DNA of 64,000 nucleotides from a virus (taxonomy: Duplodnaviria; Caudoviricetes), in IMG/VR virus record IMGVR_UViG_2786546475_000015, positions 101,978 to 165,977 of that record. The stretch is one strand, 5' to 3'. Each line of letters begins with the position of its first letter. Positions within the stretch are counted from its first letter, which is position 1. Under the pieces are notes generated by a model. That model had not been told where the DNA came from. It searched no databases and saw only the letters and a list, made by a program, of their open reading frames with translations. The position numbers and the translations under genes were made by a program. Below are positions 17,363 to 27,316 of the stretch, piece by piece.

Positions 17363-18282
17363 TGAAATTTTTTAAGTATCCAAGTTTAGAAAACCATTAT
17401 CGTAATAAATATATTCAAAAGATCCGTTTTACTGATGCAGTAGATAAGGAATGGGTAGCGACCGAGAAATTACACGGAGCTAATTACTCTATTTATTGGG
17501 ATAGTCGTAGTGGTGAAATCCGTTCGGCAAAACGTACAGGGTTTATTGGTGAAGAAAAATTCTTTAATCACGAACAGGCGGATCGCGTAGTATACCCAAA
17601 AATTAAAGAATGTCAATACGAAAATGGTTATTTGATTTTCTATGGTGAATTATGTGGTGGTAATATTCAGAAAGGTGTTGACTATTCAGAAGAACAACGT
17701 TTTGTTTGTTTTGATATTGCCGTTGTTCGTGATGATGAACCAGACAAATTAACGTTTTTCTCATACGACGAATTAACTACATTGTGTGATGCATTGGGTA
17801 TTGAACGTGCGCCAGAAATCGCACGTGGTAGTTTCAAAGATATTCTACAATTAGACAATATTTTTAATTCTAAATATGGCGTTTTTATCGCAGAAGGTTT
17901 TGTGATGAAACCCGTTGTTACTCATTGGTTGCCTAATGGTAGTCGTATGGCTATCAAATCAAAGAATTCTAAGTTCTCTGAAAAGGCTAAATCGGATAAA
18001 AAACCAAAGAAACCGCGTGAATTATCAGAAAATGAAACATACTACATCGATGGTGTTGTAGACTACCTTACAGAAAATCGACTAAATAATGTTATAAGTA
18101 AAAAAGGTGAAGTTGATAAATCAATGTTTTTCCTATTGATGGGCGAACTCATTCAAGACGCTATTGAGGACTTTGATAAAGACAACGAATCCAATTTTAA
18201 AGATTTAGATAAACCAGAACGTAAATTTATCACGAAAAGCCTACAAGAAACGGCGCGTGATATTGTTAAACGTGTAATTTAA
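17362..18282 (+). CDS. rnlB: RNA ligase 2 (Rnl2, gp24.1)
   Basis: FFKYPSLENHY, WVATEKLHGANYS, FYGELCG, FDI, AEGFVMKP, AIKSKNSKFSEK. Confidence 0.92.
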   Translation: MKFFKYPSLENHYRNKYIQKIRFTDAVDKEWVATEKLHGANYSIYWDSRSGEIRSAKRTGFIGEEKFFNHEQADRVVYPKIKECQYENGYLIFYGELCGGNIQKGVDYSEEQRFVCFDIAVVRDDEPDKLTFFSYDELTTLCDALGIERAPEIARGSFKDILQLDNIFNSKYGVFIAEGFVMKPVVTHWLPNGSRMAIKSKNSKFSEKAKSDKKPKKPRELSENETYYIDGVVDYLTENRLNNVISKKGEVDKSMFFLLMGELIQDAIEDFDKDNESNFKDLDKPERKFITKSLQETARDIVKRVI

Positions 18283-18293
18283 AAAGGTGGAAT

Positions 18294-18956
18294 ATGTTTC
18301 CTACAAAAGAGATTGAAAACAAAGTATTAGAATTTTCGGAAACCGAGGATAAAGCAGGGTTAGACGAATACGCTAAAAGTTTTGATATTAAACTGGATCG
18401 TCGTAAAAGTTTTGATAACATGGTAGAGCAATTCGCTAAACATGTTAAAGATTTACCTAACGAAGAAGATTCTAGCGATAAGGACGAAAGTAATGAATCC
18501 GAAAAAACTGAAAACGGAAATGATAAAGAAATCTTGGATAAAGAAGTATCTACCCAAGATGAATCAGAAGAACAATCAGAAGAACAATCAGACGGAGAAT
18601 CTTCTGAAAATTTGGATTCCGACGACAAACCAGAAGAACAACCAGACGACAAACCAGAAGTAGATGAATCAAAAATCGAATTAGAAGATTTTCGTCCTAC
18701 ATTCAATTTAACTTTCACCGATAAACGCTATGGTGGTGAATACGCTAATGTAGGTTATTGGGTAATCGACGAAATTCAGAATAATCGAGTAATCGAACGC
18801 GAATGGAGCGCAGAAGCGATTGAGGATTGTAAACATTCTAAAGATGTAGCGACAATCTTATACTACATCCGAAAAGATGGAAAGTGCTTAGTCCGCGAAA
18901 GTCGTAATAGCCGATTCTACAAATTCACCGAATCAAAGGTTAAAGTAGCTGGATGA
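18294..18956 (+). CDS. inh: inhibitor of prohead protease
   Basis: LDEYAKSFDIKLDRRKSFDNMV, F.PT, YYIRKDG..LVRESRNSRF match T4 Inh; acidic repetitive linker. Confidence 0.85.
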   Translation: MFPTKEIENKVLEFSETEDKAGLDEYAKSFDIKLDRRKSFDNMVEQFAKHVKDLPNEEDSSDKDESNESEKTENGNDKEILDKEVSTQDESEEQSEEQSDGESSENLDSDDKPEEQPDDKPEVDESKIELEDFRPTFNLTFTDKRYGGEYANVGYWVIDEIQNNRVIEREWSAEAIEDCKHSKDVATILYYIRKDGKCLVRESRNSRFYKFTESKVKVAG

Positions 18957-19474
18957 TAATTACTGGTGTGGGTTCAAGAAATTTACCTACACGTGTAGAA
19001 AAAATAATCGTCGAATATGGTAGCCTGTACGCGAAAGAACATGATTTGCGTACAGGTGATGCCGTAGGTTCAGATCATGCGTTTACAATGGCTTGGAAAA
19101 ATAGTCGTAGTAAACGCATTTTTGTATCTGAAATTAATAGAGTAAGAGACGAGTACCACGTACTAGGTAATGAGTTTCAATTTGAAAAAGCTAAATTATT
19201 AGTAGAATCCCTCAGACCGCATGTAAAGCGTTTAGATGAATACGCTAGACGGTTACACTACCGTAACGCATTTCAGGTCTTAGGATTGAATTTAGATACG
19301 CCTAGTGATGTTTTAGTGTGTTATGCTGAACCGAAAAACAGCATTCATGTAAAAGGCGGTACTAATACGGCTGTTCAAATAGCAAAAATGTATAATATTC
19401 CTGTTTATAATTTATACTATGAAGAAGATATTAAAAAATTTATTAAAATGAGGATATTTGGTTTATGTTTTTAG
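18953..19474 (+). CDS. SLOG/DprA-like nucleotide-binding protein
   Basis: TGVGSR, LRTGDAVGSD.AF, RNAFQVLG, GGTNTAVQIA...IPVYNL. Confidence 0.75.
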   Translation: MIITGVGSRNLPTRVEKIIVEYGSLYAKEHDLRTGDAVGSDHAFTMAWKNSRSKRIFVSEINRVRDEYHVLGNEFQFEKAKLLVESLRPHVKRLDEYARRLHYRNAFQVLGLNLDTPSDVLVCYAEPKNSIHVKGGTNTAVQIAKMYNIPVYNLYYEEDIKKFIKMRIFGLCF

Positions 19475-19902
19475 ATAGGCTACGAGGAAATAAAAAAGAA
19501 TTTATAGAATGTAAGGTGTCTAAATTCTGGAAACGTATTTTGTATGGTGTGTATACAGTTAAATTGTCAGGAAATGAAAGGGAACGACTTACTATCAGTA
19601 GTATTATACATGATAAATCATCGTACGATTCTGTTATGTGTTTTTTAAAAACCCATACCAACGTTTATTTAATTTGTAAAGATAAACCTCATACAAACGA
19701 CGAGTATTTTGATAGAATATTCGATCTCGACGAATTTAAAATTAATTTCACAAAAAATAAGTATTACAATATACACTCACCGAGTGAAAGAAAAGATAGT
19801 GGTCGATATCAAAACGATATGTTTATTTTCTATAAAGTAGACAAACCAAATAATAGAGTATTAGACTCTTGTGGCATAAACAGACTATTACACATACAAT
19901 AA
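19465..19902 (+). CDS. hypothetical protein
   Basis: Coupled ORF ending at a terminator. Confidence 0.6.
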   Translation: MFLDRLRGNKKEFIECKVSKFWKRILYGVYTVKLSGNERERLTISSIIHDKSSYDSVMCFLKTHTNVYLICKDKPHTNDEYFDRIFDLDEFKINFTKNKYYNIHSPSERKDSGRYQNDMFIFYKVDKPNNRVLDSCGINRLLHIQ

Positions 19903-19926
19903 AGGCTACCGTTTGGTAGCCTTTTT
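19901..19926. terminator. bidirectional terminator
   Basis: AAAGGCTACC-GTTT-GGTAGCCTTTTT between convergent genes. Confidence 0.85.
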
Positions 19927-19928
19927 AC

Positions 19929-21170
19929 TTACAGAATAACTCGCTTAGAACGTGCTAATTCACATGAACCAGCCAAGTTAACCCAATCTTCACCATCAAT
20001 TACTTCACCTTTATCATTATCACTAGTATTAGAATACGGACTCGCACATAAACCATAACGAGTAGTAGAAACTAATACAGGTTGTAAAGACTTAGGATCA
20101 GTAACAGTAGCAAATGAATTCATACCCGTACCATCATAATTATACGGAGAAAAATACAATGGTGCAACCATATTTGTTGTTTCAGAACCATCATCATCGA
20201 TTGAGATTTGTTCATCTTTAGCGCCGATAGTGTAATAATCACCTAAAGCGTATCTATCGATAATCAATTCAATACCACTAGATTCAATGTAATAGCGTGT
20301 ACGACCGTTATCATCTTTCTTAGACTTAACACCATTAAGTGTTTGTAAACGACCTACTACACTAGAACTAGCAATTACAAATGTCGGTTTGTAAGTAGTT
20401 TGTCGTGTGATAATAGCGCCTTCGGTCGAAATATCACTTAATAATTCATTAGCAGACGAGAATCTATCTGTATTACCAGAAATATCAATGGTATCTGATT
20501 TCTTGGCGATAAGATTAATCTTGTTGATAATATCAAGGTTAATTTCTTCTGCTACCGCAATAGCAATCAAATTTCTAATGATCTGATCACTATCAAGATC
20601 CTTTTGCATTTCTTTAAGTAATTCTAATGTGTGTTGCAAACGGAACTTGCGTGTTCTTACTTCACAATTCCAACGATCAAAAATAAATCCAACATCTTGA
20701 ATATCTTTGTTAGGATCATCGTAATCTGTACGACTAGCACCATCAGTAACAATTCTTAGTTGATTGTTATAAATACCGTCCATGATAAGCGCTCTAGCTT
20801 GTTCATCGTCGGTTACCGCTGTTCCTTGATACCCATCTACTAAAACTTCGATAGGACGATTAATTAATCTGAATCGTTGACCACTATTATAAGTTGTTCC
20901 TTCGTCGTAAGCGTCTAATGACTGAACATCAGTGTAAGTTAAAACACCGCCGAAAGAAACACCATCGATTACTTCAAATTCATTACCATTTTCTGTATTA
21001 TAAAAATACCTAGCGCCATATACGGTCGCAGTAGGTTTAGTTGTTTGCTGAATAGAAACCATCGATTCGTGAACTGTGTTGATAGCTCTTTTATGAATAG
21101 CTAACAATTCTGGACGAGCAGTTTCGATACTAGCATTTTCACTCAAAATTTTATCTATAAAATATTGCAT
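19929..21170 (-). CDS. gp24: capsid vertex protein
   Basis: ARPELLAI, Q.T.KP.A.VYG.RY, F.FDRWNCEVRTRK, DPKSLQP...RYGL; late promoter 21199-21206. Confidence 0.92.
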   Translation of the reverse strand: MQYFIDKILSENASIETARPELLAIHKRAINTVHESMVSIQQTTKPTATVYGARYFYNTENGNEFEVIDGVSFGGVLTYTDVQSLDAYDEGTTYNSGQRFRLINRPIEVLVDGYQGTAVTDDEQARALIMDGIYNNQLRIVTDGASRTDYDDPNKDIQDVGFIFDRWNCEVRTRKFRLQHTLELLKEMQKDLDSDQIIRNLIAIAVAEEINLDIINKINLIAKKSDTIDISGNTDRFSSANELLSDISTEGAIITRQTTYKPTFVIASSSVVGRLQTLNGVKSKKDDNGRTRYYIESSGIELIIDRYALGDYYTIGAKDEQISIDDDGSETTNMVAPLYFSPYNYDGTGMNSFATVTDPKSLQPVLVSTTRYGLCASPYSNTSDNDKGEVIDGEDWVNLAGSCELARSKRVIL

Positions 21171-21224
21171 AGTATTACCTTTTATTGTTCTATATGTTTA
21201 TTTATAATTCATTTGTCAGGCAAT

Positions 21225-21251
21225 AAAAAAGGCTACCAAACGGTAGCCTTT
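21225..21251 (-). terminator. terminator after major capsid gene
   Basis: AAAAAAGGCTACC-AAAC-GGTAGCCTTT on + strand. Confidence 0.85.
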
Positions 21252-21269
21252 CTTCAAGTGTAATTTGTC

Positions 21270-22886
21270 TTATAGACCTTTAACCGCTACACGACGGAAA
21301 TATGAGTTACGTCCAAGACCTTGTAAAATCGAACCGTCTGAAATCTTCTGCATTGGTTTAGCAGGATCAGATAATGGATTTACTGACAACGCATAGCGTG
21401 TCTTGAAGCCCATTACAGGTTGCATGTTTTTACTGTCAGAACCACGTAAAGGTGTTAATGGTACGTATGGAGAGTAATAGATACCAGCATCCATTTCGTC
21501 GCCACCTTTATAACCTACTGTAAAGTAGTCGTGTGTTGCGTACGCATCGATGTATACACGATAACGGTTGTTCAAGATACCAGCGAATACCGCTTGGTTA
21601 GTATCTGTATTCATTGAACCGTCTTGCATACCAAACGCTGAACTTGATACCATTGCGTCTGTTTGACTAAACGCTGATACTACGTTGCGTGATGCGATGA
21701 TAAAGTTACCATTACCGCGACCAGTCTGACGACCGATTTCGTTAGCTTCTTTATCTACTTGAGCTAATAGCATTTTGTATGCTTCGCCAGCCCAACGAGC
21801 GCCTTTAACGTCTGTGCTATCGCTTAGATTGAACACACCAGCGGTTGCGCCAGTAGTATTAGTCCAACCAGTTTTTCCGGGTTGTGCTTGAGCGTTAATT
21901 GAGTTAACAACTTCACGGTTAATCTCTAGCAATACTTCGGTTGATAGCATATTTGACAATTGAACGTCTGCGTCCATACCGTGTACAGCGCGTAAATCTT
22001 GAGCCAACTCGATTGAGTATTGAGCTTTCAATTGACGTGATTTAGCTTCTACGGTTTGTTTGTCGATACGGAATGACATTTCATTCCAAGGGTTACCAGT
22101 TGAACCGTTGAAACCTTCTTGTAATTCAGCAACGCTTGTAGCCATACCTTCTGCGATAGGAACAACTTTTTCGTTACCAGCGGTAAATAAATCCTCAACA
22201 GGTACAGCAGTTGTAGAACCGTCTACGTCTTGTACGAATTGGAAATATTGTTTACCAGACTGTGGTACTTCTTCCGCAGTACCGAATTCACGTTGTACTA
22301 CATCATAATCGACGAATACAATATCACCTACTGTGTATGTACCGCTTGAATTGTATTCCTCAAAAGTATTTGATGGATCAGCACCAGCACCACTGTACAT
22401 TGTGTCAGGAGCGTGCATTGGATGAAACGCTTCACGTGCGCCACCAGCCAATGGATCTTTACCGTACATTGAACGGAATGTGAATACCGAACCAGTTGAT
22501 TGATCTAGTGGTTGAACACCAGCTACGTCGAAAGCCATCATTTTAGGAATAGCGCGACGAACCATACCCATTACAGCGGGACCAATATTAGTTACAGCAC
22601 CCGATGTTTGACCTTTAGCGATATTGTCTGCGTCATATCCGTGATCACCACCGACAACAGCTTCGTCTAATTGATCTTCTTGACGTTCTTTGATGTAATC
22701 CGAGAAACTTTCAACCAAACCTTCATCTTTATAAACCGAATCGGTCATGGTGTCTTTTTGTTGATTCTCAAGTACTTGAGCTACGATTTCGCTACGCGAA
22801 CGTCCAACAATTTCACCAGCTTCTTTCGCTTCAATAAGACCTTTCCACTTATCGGCTAATTGTCTTTTGCTTTGTTGTTTATTCAT
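21270..22886 (-). CDS. gp23: major capsid protein
   Basis: GGDHGYDADNIAKGQTSGAVTNIGPAVMGMVRRAIP, EAKSRQLKAQYSIELAQDLRAVHGMDAD, YFRRVAVKGL; late promoter 22922-22929. Confidence 0.98.
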   Translation of the reverse strand: MNKQQSKRQLADKWKGLIEAKEAGEIVGRSRSEIVAQVLENQQKDTMTDSVYKDEGLVESFSDYIKERQEDQLDEAVVGGDHGYDADNIAKGQTSGAVTNIGPAVMGMVRRAIPKMMAFDVAGVQPLDQSTGSVFTFRSMYGKDPLAGGAREAFHPMHAPDTMYSGAGADPSNTFEEYNSSGTYTVGDIVFVDYDVVQREFGTAEEVPQSGKQYFQFVQDVDGSTTAVPVEDLFTAGNEKVVPIAEGMATSVAELQEGFNGSTGNPWNEMSFRIDKQTVEAKSRQLKAQYSIELAQDLRAVHGMDADVQLSNMLSTEVLLEINREVVNSINAQAQPGKTGWTNTTGATAGVFNLSDSTDVKGARWAGEAYKMLLAQVDKEANEIGRQTGRGNGNFIIASRNVVSAFSQTDAMVSSSAFGMQDGSMNTDTNQAVFAGILNNRYRVYIDAYATHDYFTVGYKGGDEMDAGIYYSPYVPLTPLRGSDSKNMQPVMGFKTRYALSVNPLSDPAKPMQKISDGSILQGLGRNSYFRRVAVKGL

Positions 22887-22949
22887 CTAATAATACCTTT
22901 TTATTATCTATTCTATAATATTATTTATATTCAAAAAATTAAGGGTTGT

Positions 22950-23741
22950 TTAAATTACGTAACTAACGTTATGGTTAGTAGCTTTGGTATTGTTATTACC
23001 GTAATTCAAACCTTCGTCCATTTGTTTGTCGTCTTTGTCATCTTTCTTATCTTTTTTATCTTTTTTATCATCTTCATCGTCAGAATCTTTGTCGTTACTT
23101 TCAACGAATGACACTAAGCTAGATAATTTAGAATCAAAGCTTTCATTAAATGGTACACTTTCCGATAATTCAGCAACACGTTCACGTTGTGATTCGGTCA
23201 AGTCTTTAGTTTTTTCGCTAATAGCGATTTTGCGATTTAATGTTTCAATTTCAGCATCTTTAGATTTATTTTCTTTTAAAAGACCATCTAAAGTAACTGA
23301 TAATTCCGCTGTTTCTTCTTCAAGTTCAGCTACAACATCAACTTTATCATCTGGAACTGTGATATTATGTTCTACGAATAATTCTTTTAAGTTTTCCATT
23401 AAAGAATCAAACAATTGAACTTTAATACCATTTTCAACAGCTAACTGATTTTCTTTCATATATTCATCAGCGTTATAATCTAAATAGTCATTAAGTTGTG
23501 AACTCATTGACTCTTTAAGTTCTTTAGCTTGCTGTTCTGTATATTCATCAGCTTTTTCGATGATTTCGTTAATTTTACTTTCTGCTAATTCAACGGCACG
23601 TTTATTAACGCTAGATTCGAATACAGTAGAAAATTGAGTTTTAACATCTTCTGAAAGATCGAAACCTTCAAACAAATCGCCTAATTCAACAGCGCCTTGT
23701 TTTTTACTTTCGTCTAGAAGCATTTGTCTAATCTTATTCAT
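22950..23741 (-). CDS. gp22: prohead core scaffold protein
   Basis: FSTVFESSV, YLDY.A.EYMKENQLAVENGIK..LF.SL..NLKELFVEHNI; late promoter 23776-23783. Confidence 0.93.
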   Translation of the reverse strand: MNKIRQMLLDESKKQGAVELGDLFEGFDLSEDVKTQFSTVFESSVNKRAVELAESKINEIIEKADEYTEQQAKELKESMSSQLNDYLDYNADEYMKENQLAVENGIKVQLFDSLMENLKELFVEHNITVPDDKVDVVAELEEETAELSVTLDGLLKENKSKDAEIETLNRKIAISEKTKDLTESQRERVAELSESVPFNESFDSKLSSLVSFVESNDKDSDDEDDKKDKKDKKDDKDDKQMDEGLNYGNNNTKATNHNVSYVI

Positions 23742-23784
23742 ATTTGAATTACCTTTTTTCCAATCTCTATATTGTTATTTATAT

Positions 23785-24429
23785 TCATTTTTTTAAGGCT
23801 TCCATAATAGCCAAGAAACTGTTATCATCTTTATTATCAGAAGATTCTTTAATAAATTCTTTATTAGTTTCTTTAACATGACTATTAGATTCTTGAACGG
23901 CTCTACCGTATGCTTCTGGCGCGGATGGTCCCCAAACAACATCAACACCAACAGTCAATTTATAACCTTCTTTAACGTATTTAGTACCGTTTCTTTCTTC
24001 TAAAACGCCTAATCCCCTAGATGAAACTCCGGGAATCCAACCAGCACGTAATAATGCCGCTGTTTTGTCACCCGCACCACCATCGCCCTCGATGACTCTT
24101 GCACGACCCATAACGTTATTGCCTTCCCACCACAATTTTTCAATAATAATTGCGGCATGGCTTGGATCAACATATGGTCTTTTTGGGTGATTAAGTTCAC
24201 CTAAAGACTGTTTACTTGATACCTGTTCATTAACGTAAGAATCAACAGCTTCTTCAAGAACATTTTTTGGGTAAATACGCCCATTTCTATTCTTGACTTC
24301 GGCTTGCAAAAATATACCCTCGATATATAATGCACCTTTACCATTATCTTTAGCTTCAACTAAAGTTTTTGATGGTGCATTAGATTCATTAAGGTGTGGG
24401 TTTGACCATGTTTCTACTAATAATTCCAT
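23785..24429 (-). CDS. gp21: prohead protease
   Basis: LYIEGIFLQAEVKNRNGRIYPK, LGELNHP, GWIPGVSSRGLG, VDVVWGPSAP. Confidence 0.96.
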   Translation of the reverse strand: MELLVETWSNPHLNESNAPSKTLVEAKDNGKGALYIEGIFLQAEVKNRNGRIYPKNVLEEAVDSYVNEQVSSKQSLGELNHPKRPYVDPSHAAIIIEKLWWEGNNVMGRARVIEGDGGAGDKTAALLRAGWIPGVSSRGLGVLEERNGTKYVKEGYKLTVGVDVVWGPSAPEAYGRAVQESNSHVKETNKEFIKESSDNKDDNSFLAIMEALKK

Positions 24430-24477
24430 AGTAAACCTTATTCCTATTTCTTATACTTTTTATTTATTGTTATAATT

Positions 24478-25209
24478 TTAACTAATACCCATCGCTTTAC
24501 GCTTACGTTTAGCTATTTTTGCTTTACGTGCGGCTTTACGTTGTCCAGAAGGATTTTTCTTCTTAGTACGTGCGGCTTTACGTGCTATTTGTCTACGTTT
24601 TGATTTAGATAAACCAGTAGTTTGTGTAGCGCGTCTTTTGCGAGTTTTTCTATCTTTACGTTTTGTAATTTCACCTTTAGATGAAACAGTACGTTCGATA
24701 GCTTCCGCGACTTCCTCGATGTGACCATCGTTAGCTAACAATTCAGCTAATTCCTCGGCTACTTTTCTATCTTTAGGTTGTTTACTTTTAGCCAAAGAAA
24801 CCATGATATCTACCATGTCGTCAGACGACATATTAGCTTTTTTCATAGACATGAATTGATCTTTAGCTTTTTGAGCGTAATTGGCTTCGTTAATTTCACT
24901 CAACTCGGATTCAGTAAGCGTTAAATCATTAAATAGATTTTCCGAAAGCTTTTTAACCACACTAGATGTGTCTTTACCAGCGGTAGTAGGCTGTTTAACG
25001 TTATTGTCAGTACCTTTACCTTGTGGTTCGGGAGCTTTACTAGTCGCTTTACGAGCTTTTTTATTTTCTTCGGTATCTTTGCCCGCAATAGTAGGTTGTT
25101 TATAATTATTATTAGTACCTTTACCTTGCGGGGCTTTAACTTTACTAGTCGCTTTACGAGCTTTTTTATTTTCTTCGGTATCTTTACCAGCTATTGTTTT
25201 TTGTTTCAT
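24478..25209 (-). CDS. gp68: prohead core protein gp68 with N-terminal basic repeats
   Basis: C-terminus VSSKGEITKRKDRKTRKRRATQTTGLSKSKRRQIARKA matches T4 gp68; ATG at 25209. Confidence 0.85.
   Translation of the reverse strand: MKQKTIAGKDTEENKKARKATSKVKAPQGKGTNNNYKQPTIAGKDTEENKKARKATSKAPEPQGKGTDNNVKQPTTAGKDTSSVVKKLSENLFNDLTLTESELSEINEANYAQKAKDQFMSMKKANMSSDDMVDIMVSLAKSKQPKDRKVAEELAELLANDGHIEEVAEAIERTVSSKGEITKRKDRKTRKRRATQTTGLSKSKRRQIARKAARTKKKNPSGQRKAARKAKIAKRKRKAMGIS
24965..25206 (-). repeat. 105-nt (35 aa) tandem repeat, ~2.3 copies
   Basis: KQ.TIAGKDTEENKKARKATSK...PQGKGT.NN. repeated. Confidence 0.9.
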
Positions 25210-25220
25210 AATCGTTCCAG

Positions 25221-26795
25221 TTACCAACGTTGTTCTTCTTCGTCAGATTTGAATATAGGATCTTTTTGTTCTTCTAAAATTTTCTTTTTCTCTTGACTTA
25301 TCTGTTCGTCGCTCATTTTCCAAACATTTTTCATAACCCATTCGTTACTGAAATATTTATCGACGCTTTCACGCATTGCATCAGTCGCCCTAGCTCTACG
25401 TTCGATAATGTCAATTTCTTTTGATTCTTCGAAGAACGAATCTTTATTAAAATCGAATCTTATTCTATTTTTATTTTTATCCCATTCTTCTTTAGTGATC
25501 GTCTTTTTAAGAACAAGATTTGTACCTAAAGGATCACCAAAAATAGTAGAAAATCGTGTTTGAAGTCTGTCAACGAATTTAGCGAATTTTAGTTCATCGC
25601 GTGTGATTTGTTGACCACCATCAAATACTACGCCAGCCGATTCTCTTGGCATTCTACTTAATGGAACACGTAGAGATTGATAAACTTTTTGATTCAAGAA
25701 TGTAATATCTTCGATATCACCTAACGACTGTCCACTTGGTAATGTACTTACTTCGGTGGCGGTCTTACCATTTCTACGTTGTAAGTAATAATCTTCCAAC
25801 ATAGTCATGTTATTACTTTTAGTTTTTATAGTACCGTTGCTTGAATCGTATACAAGACGACTTTTCATATCGTTCATTACTTGTCGTACTTGTTGATTAG
25901 CACGTTTATCTGGTAAATTACCTGTATCTACATAAAATACTCTACGTTCAGGAGCGCGAGCTATACGATAAATTACTAAACTATCTTCCAACATTTTTAG
26001 TTGGTTAACAGGTTTTATCGCTCTATGTAAATAACCGATAATTGTTTTACCATCTACATCAGTTAAACCACTGTGAGAATAAACAATTGCTTCTTTTGGT
26101 ATTTCAATTCTACCGCTTGATGAAATATAACTAGCCCAACGCATATCCAACGCGTTACTATTGTTATATACAAAGAATTCTCTATAACCAGTAACAACAT
26201 CTACGTTATGAATAGACTTTTTATTAATTTCTCTGACAAATTCTAATTTCGTCGGATCAATTAATCGTAATTCTTTAATGCCTTTGTTTTTATTTTCATG
26301 TAAGATTTTTTCAAAATAGATTCTACTATCAACGTACCAACGTTTGAATAAGTTAGAACCTTCTTTATAAAACTCATACAAATCAAGAATATTAGCGAAT
26401 TCGTCTCTAATAGCTTGTTTAATACTTTCAGAAAAATCGGTATCTTCTAAATCTAATGCAATAGTTTCTTGACCAGATTCATGAACAATTGCGTCATCTA
26501 CAACTTCTTGAATAGCGTCATCAGCTTCGTGATTTGAAGCGACTGTTCTATACTGTTTAATAAGCTGTTTTGTATTTTCAATTCTTGGTGTAAACGCGTA
26601 GTTAATCGAATTATATCCACCAACACCATCATATTTTTGATATTCCGTTGCACCATCCGAGTTCATCGGTTCAGACATAGCCGTACTATCATTTTCAGAT
26701 TCGTCGGCAACACCTTTCTTAGTCCAGAATTGTAAAAATGGTGGTACTAAATTTGATAAATCCATAATATTCCTTATATTCGATTGAAGCCCCAT
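25221..26795 (-). CDS. gp20: portal vertex protein
   Basis: FKRWYVDSRIYF, GYLHRAIKPVNQLKMLEDSLVIYRIARAPERRVFYVDTGN, ITRDELKF. Confidence 0.97.
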   Translation of the reverse strand: MGLQSNIRNIMDLSNLVPPFLQFWTKKGVADESENDSTAMSEPMNSDGATEYQKYDGVGGYNSINYAFTPRIENTKQLIKQYRTVASNHEADDAIQEVVDDAIVHESGQETIALDLEDTDFSESIKQAIRDEFANILDLYEFYKEGSNLFKRWYVDSRIYFEKILHENKNKGIKELRLIDPTKLEFVREINKKSIHNVDVVTGYREFFVYNNSNALDMRWASYISSSGRIEIPKEAIVYSHSGLTDVDGKTIIGYLHRAIKPVNQLKMLEDSLVIYRIARAPERRVFYVDTGNLPDKRANQQVRQVMNDMKSRLVYDSSNGTIKTKSNNMTMLEDYYLQRRNGKTATEVSTLPSGQSLGDIEDITFLNQKVYQSLRVPLSRMPRESAGVVFDGGQQITRDELKFAKFVDRLQTRFSTIFGDPLGTNLVLKKTITKEEWDKNKNRIRFDFNKDSFFEESKEIDIIERRARATDAMRESVDKYFSNEWVMKNVWKMSDEQISQEKKKILEEQKDPIFKSDEEEQRW

Positions 26796-26817
26796 TTAAG
26801 GGGCTTCCTACTATTAT

Positions 26818-27306
26818 TTATTGCCACCAATCGTACGACATTTGCGCTTCAAATGTTTGAATTTCATCATTTGTATCCCAATCTAAGGCGATTTCGCCAA
26901 CGTTAGTTGGGAATAAACCATAAATTGTGTAAGAGCGCGTTACTTGTCCACGACGATTGTATTGGCGTACAACAGCTTCTTTTTTATAAGTTTCTGGTGT
27001 TTCGCCTGTGATGTTGTTGTCTAAACCATGTACTTGATTATGCCAATCAATAAATTGTTGACGTGTATCGTGTTGGTCGTCGTTATAGACTGTTATAGAC
27101 CACTGATCAAAGGTTCTATCACCACCTAGTTTGATTTTCCTATTCTGGTATGATACGATGACCTCACCAGTAGTTGAAGCGGGCATAGATGCCGCACGAC
27201 ACTTAAATTCGAAATTTCGACCTAAGTATGGGATTTCAACTTTGAATAGGTTTGGTCGGGCGAAATCACCCGACTCAAATGCGTTTGTTACGTTTGATAA
27301 ATCCAT
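26818..27306 (-). CDS. gp19: tail tube protein
   Basis: AFESGDFARPNLFKVEIPYLG...YQNRKI..GDRTF..W..TVYND. Confidence 0.97.
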   Translation of the reverse strand: MDLSNVTNAFESGDFARPNLFKVEIPYLGRNFEFKCRAASMPASTTGEVIVSYQNRKIKLGGDRTFDQWSITVYNDDQHDTRQQFIDWHNQVHGLDNNITGETPETYKKEAVVRQYNRRGQVTRSYTIYGLFPTNVGEIALDWDTNDEIQTFEAQMSYDWWQ

Positions 27307-27316
27307 CGATTATACC

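Noticed and set aside
18550-18662. Short tandem repeats (SEEQ, DDKPEE) in inh
   Set aside because: Ordinary low-complexity linker, not an array.
18266-18718. Ser-rich minus-strand ORF
   Set aside because: Antisense of the acidic repetitive linker of inh.
22200-22370. Chitin-binding-like YxxGDxV insert in gp23 (and gp24)
   Set aside because: Corresponds to the known variable insertion domain of T4-type capsid proteins.
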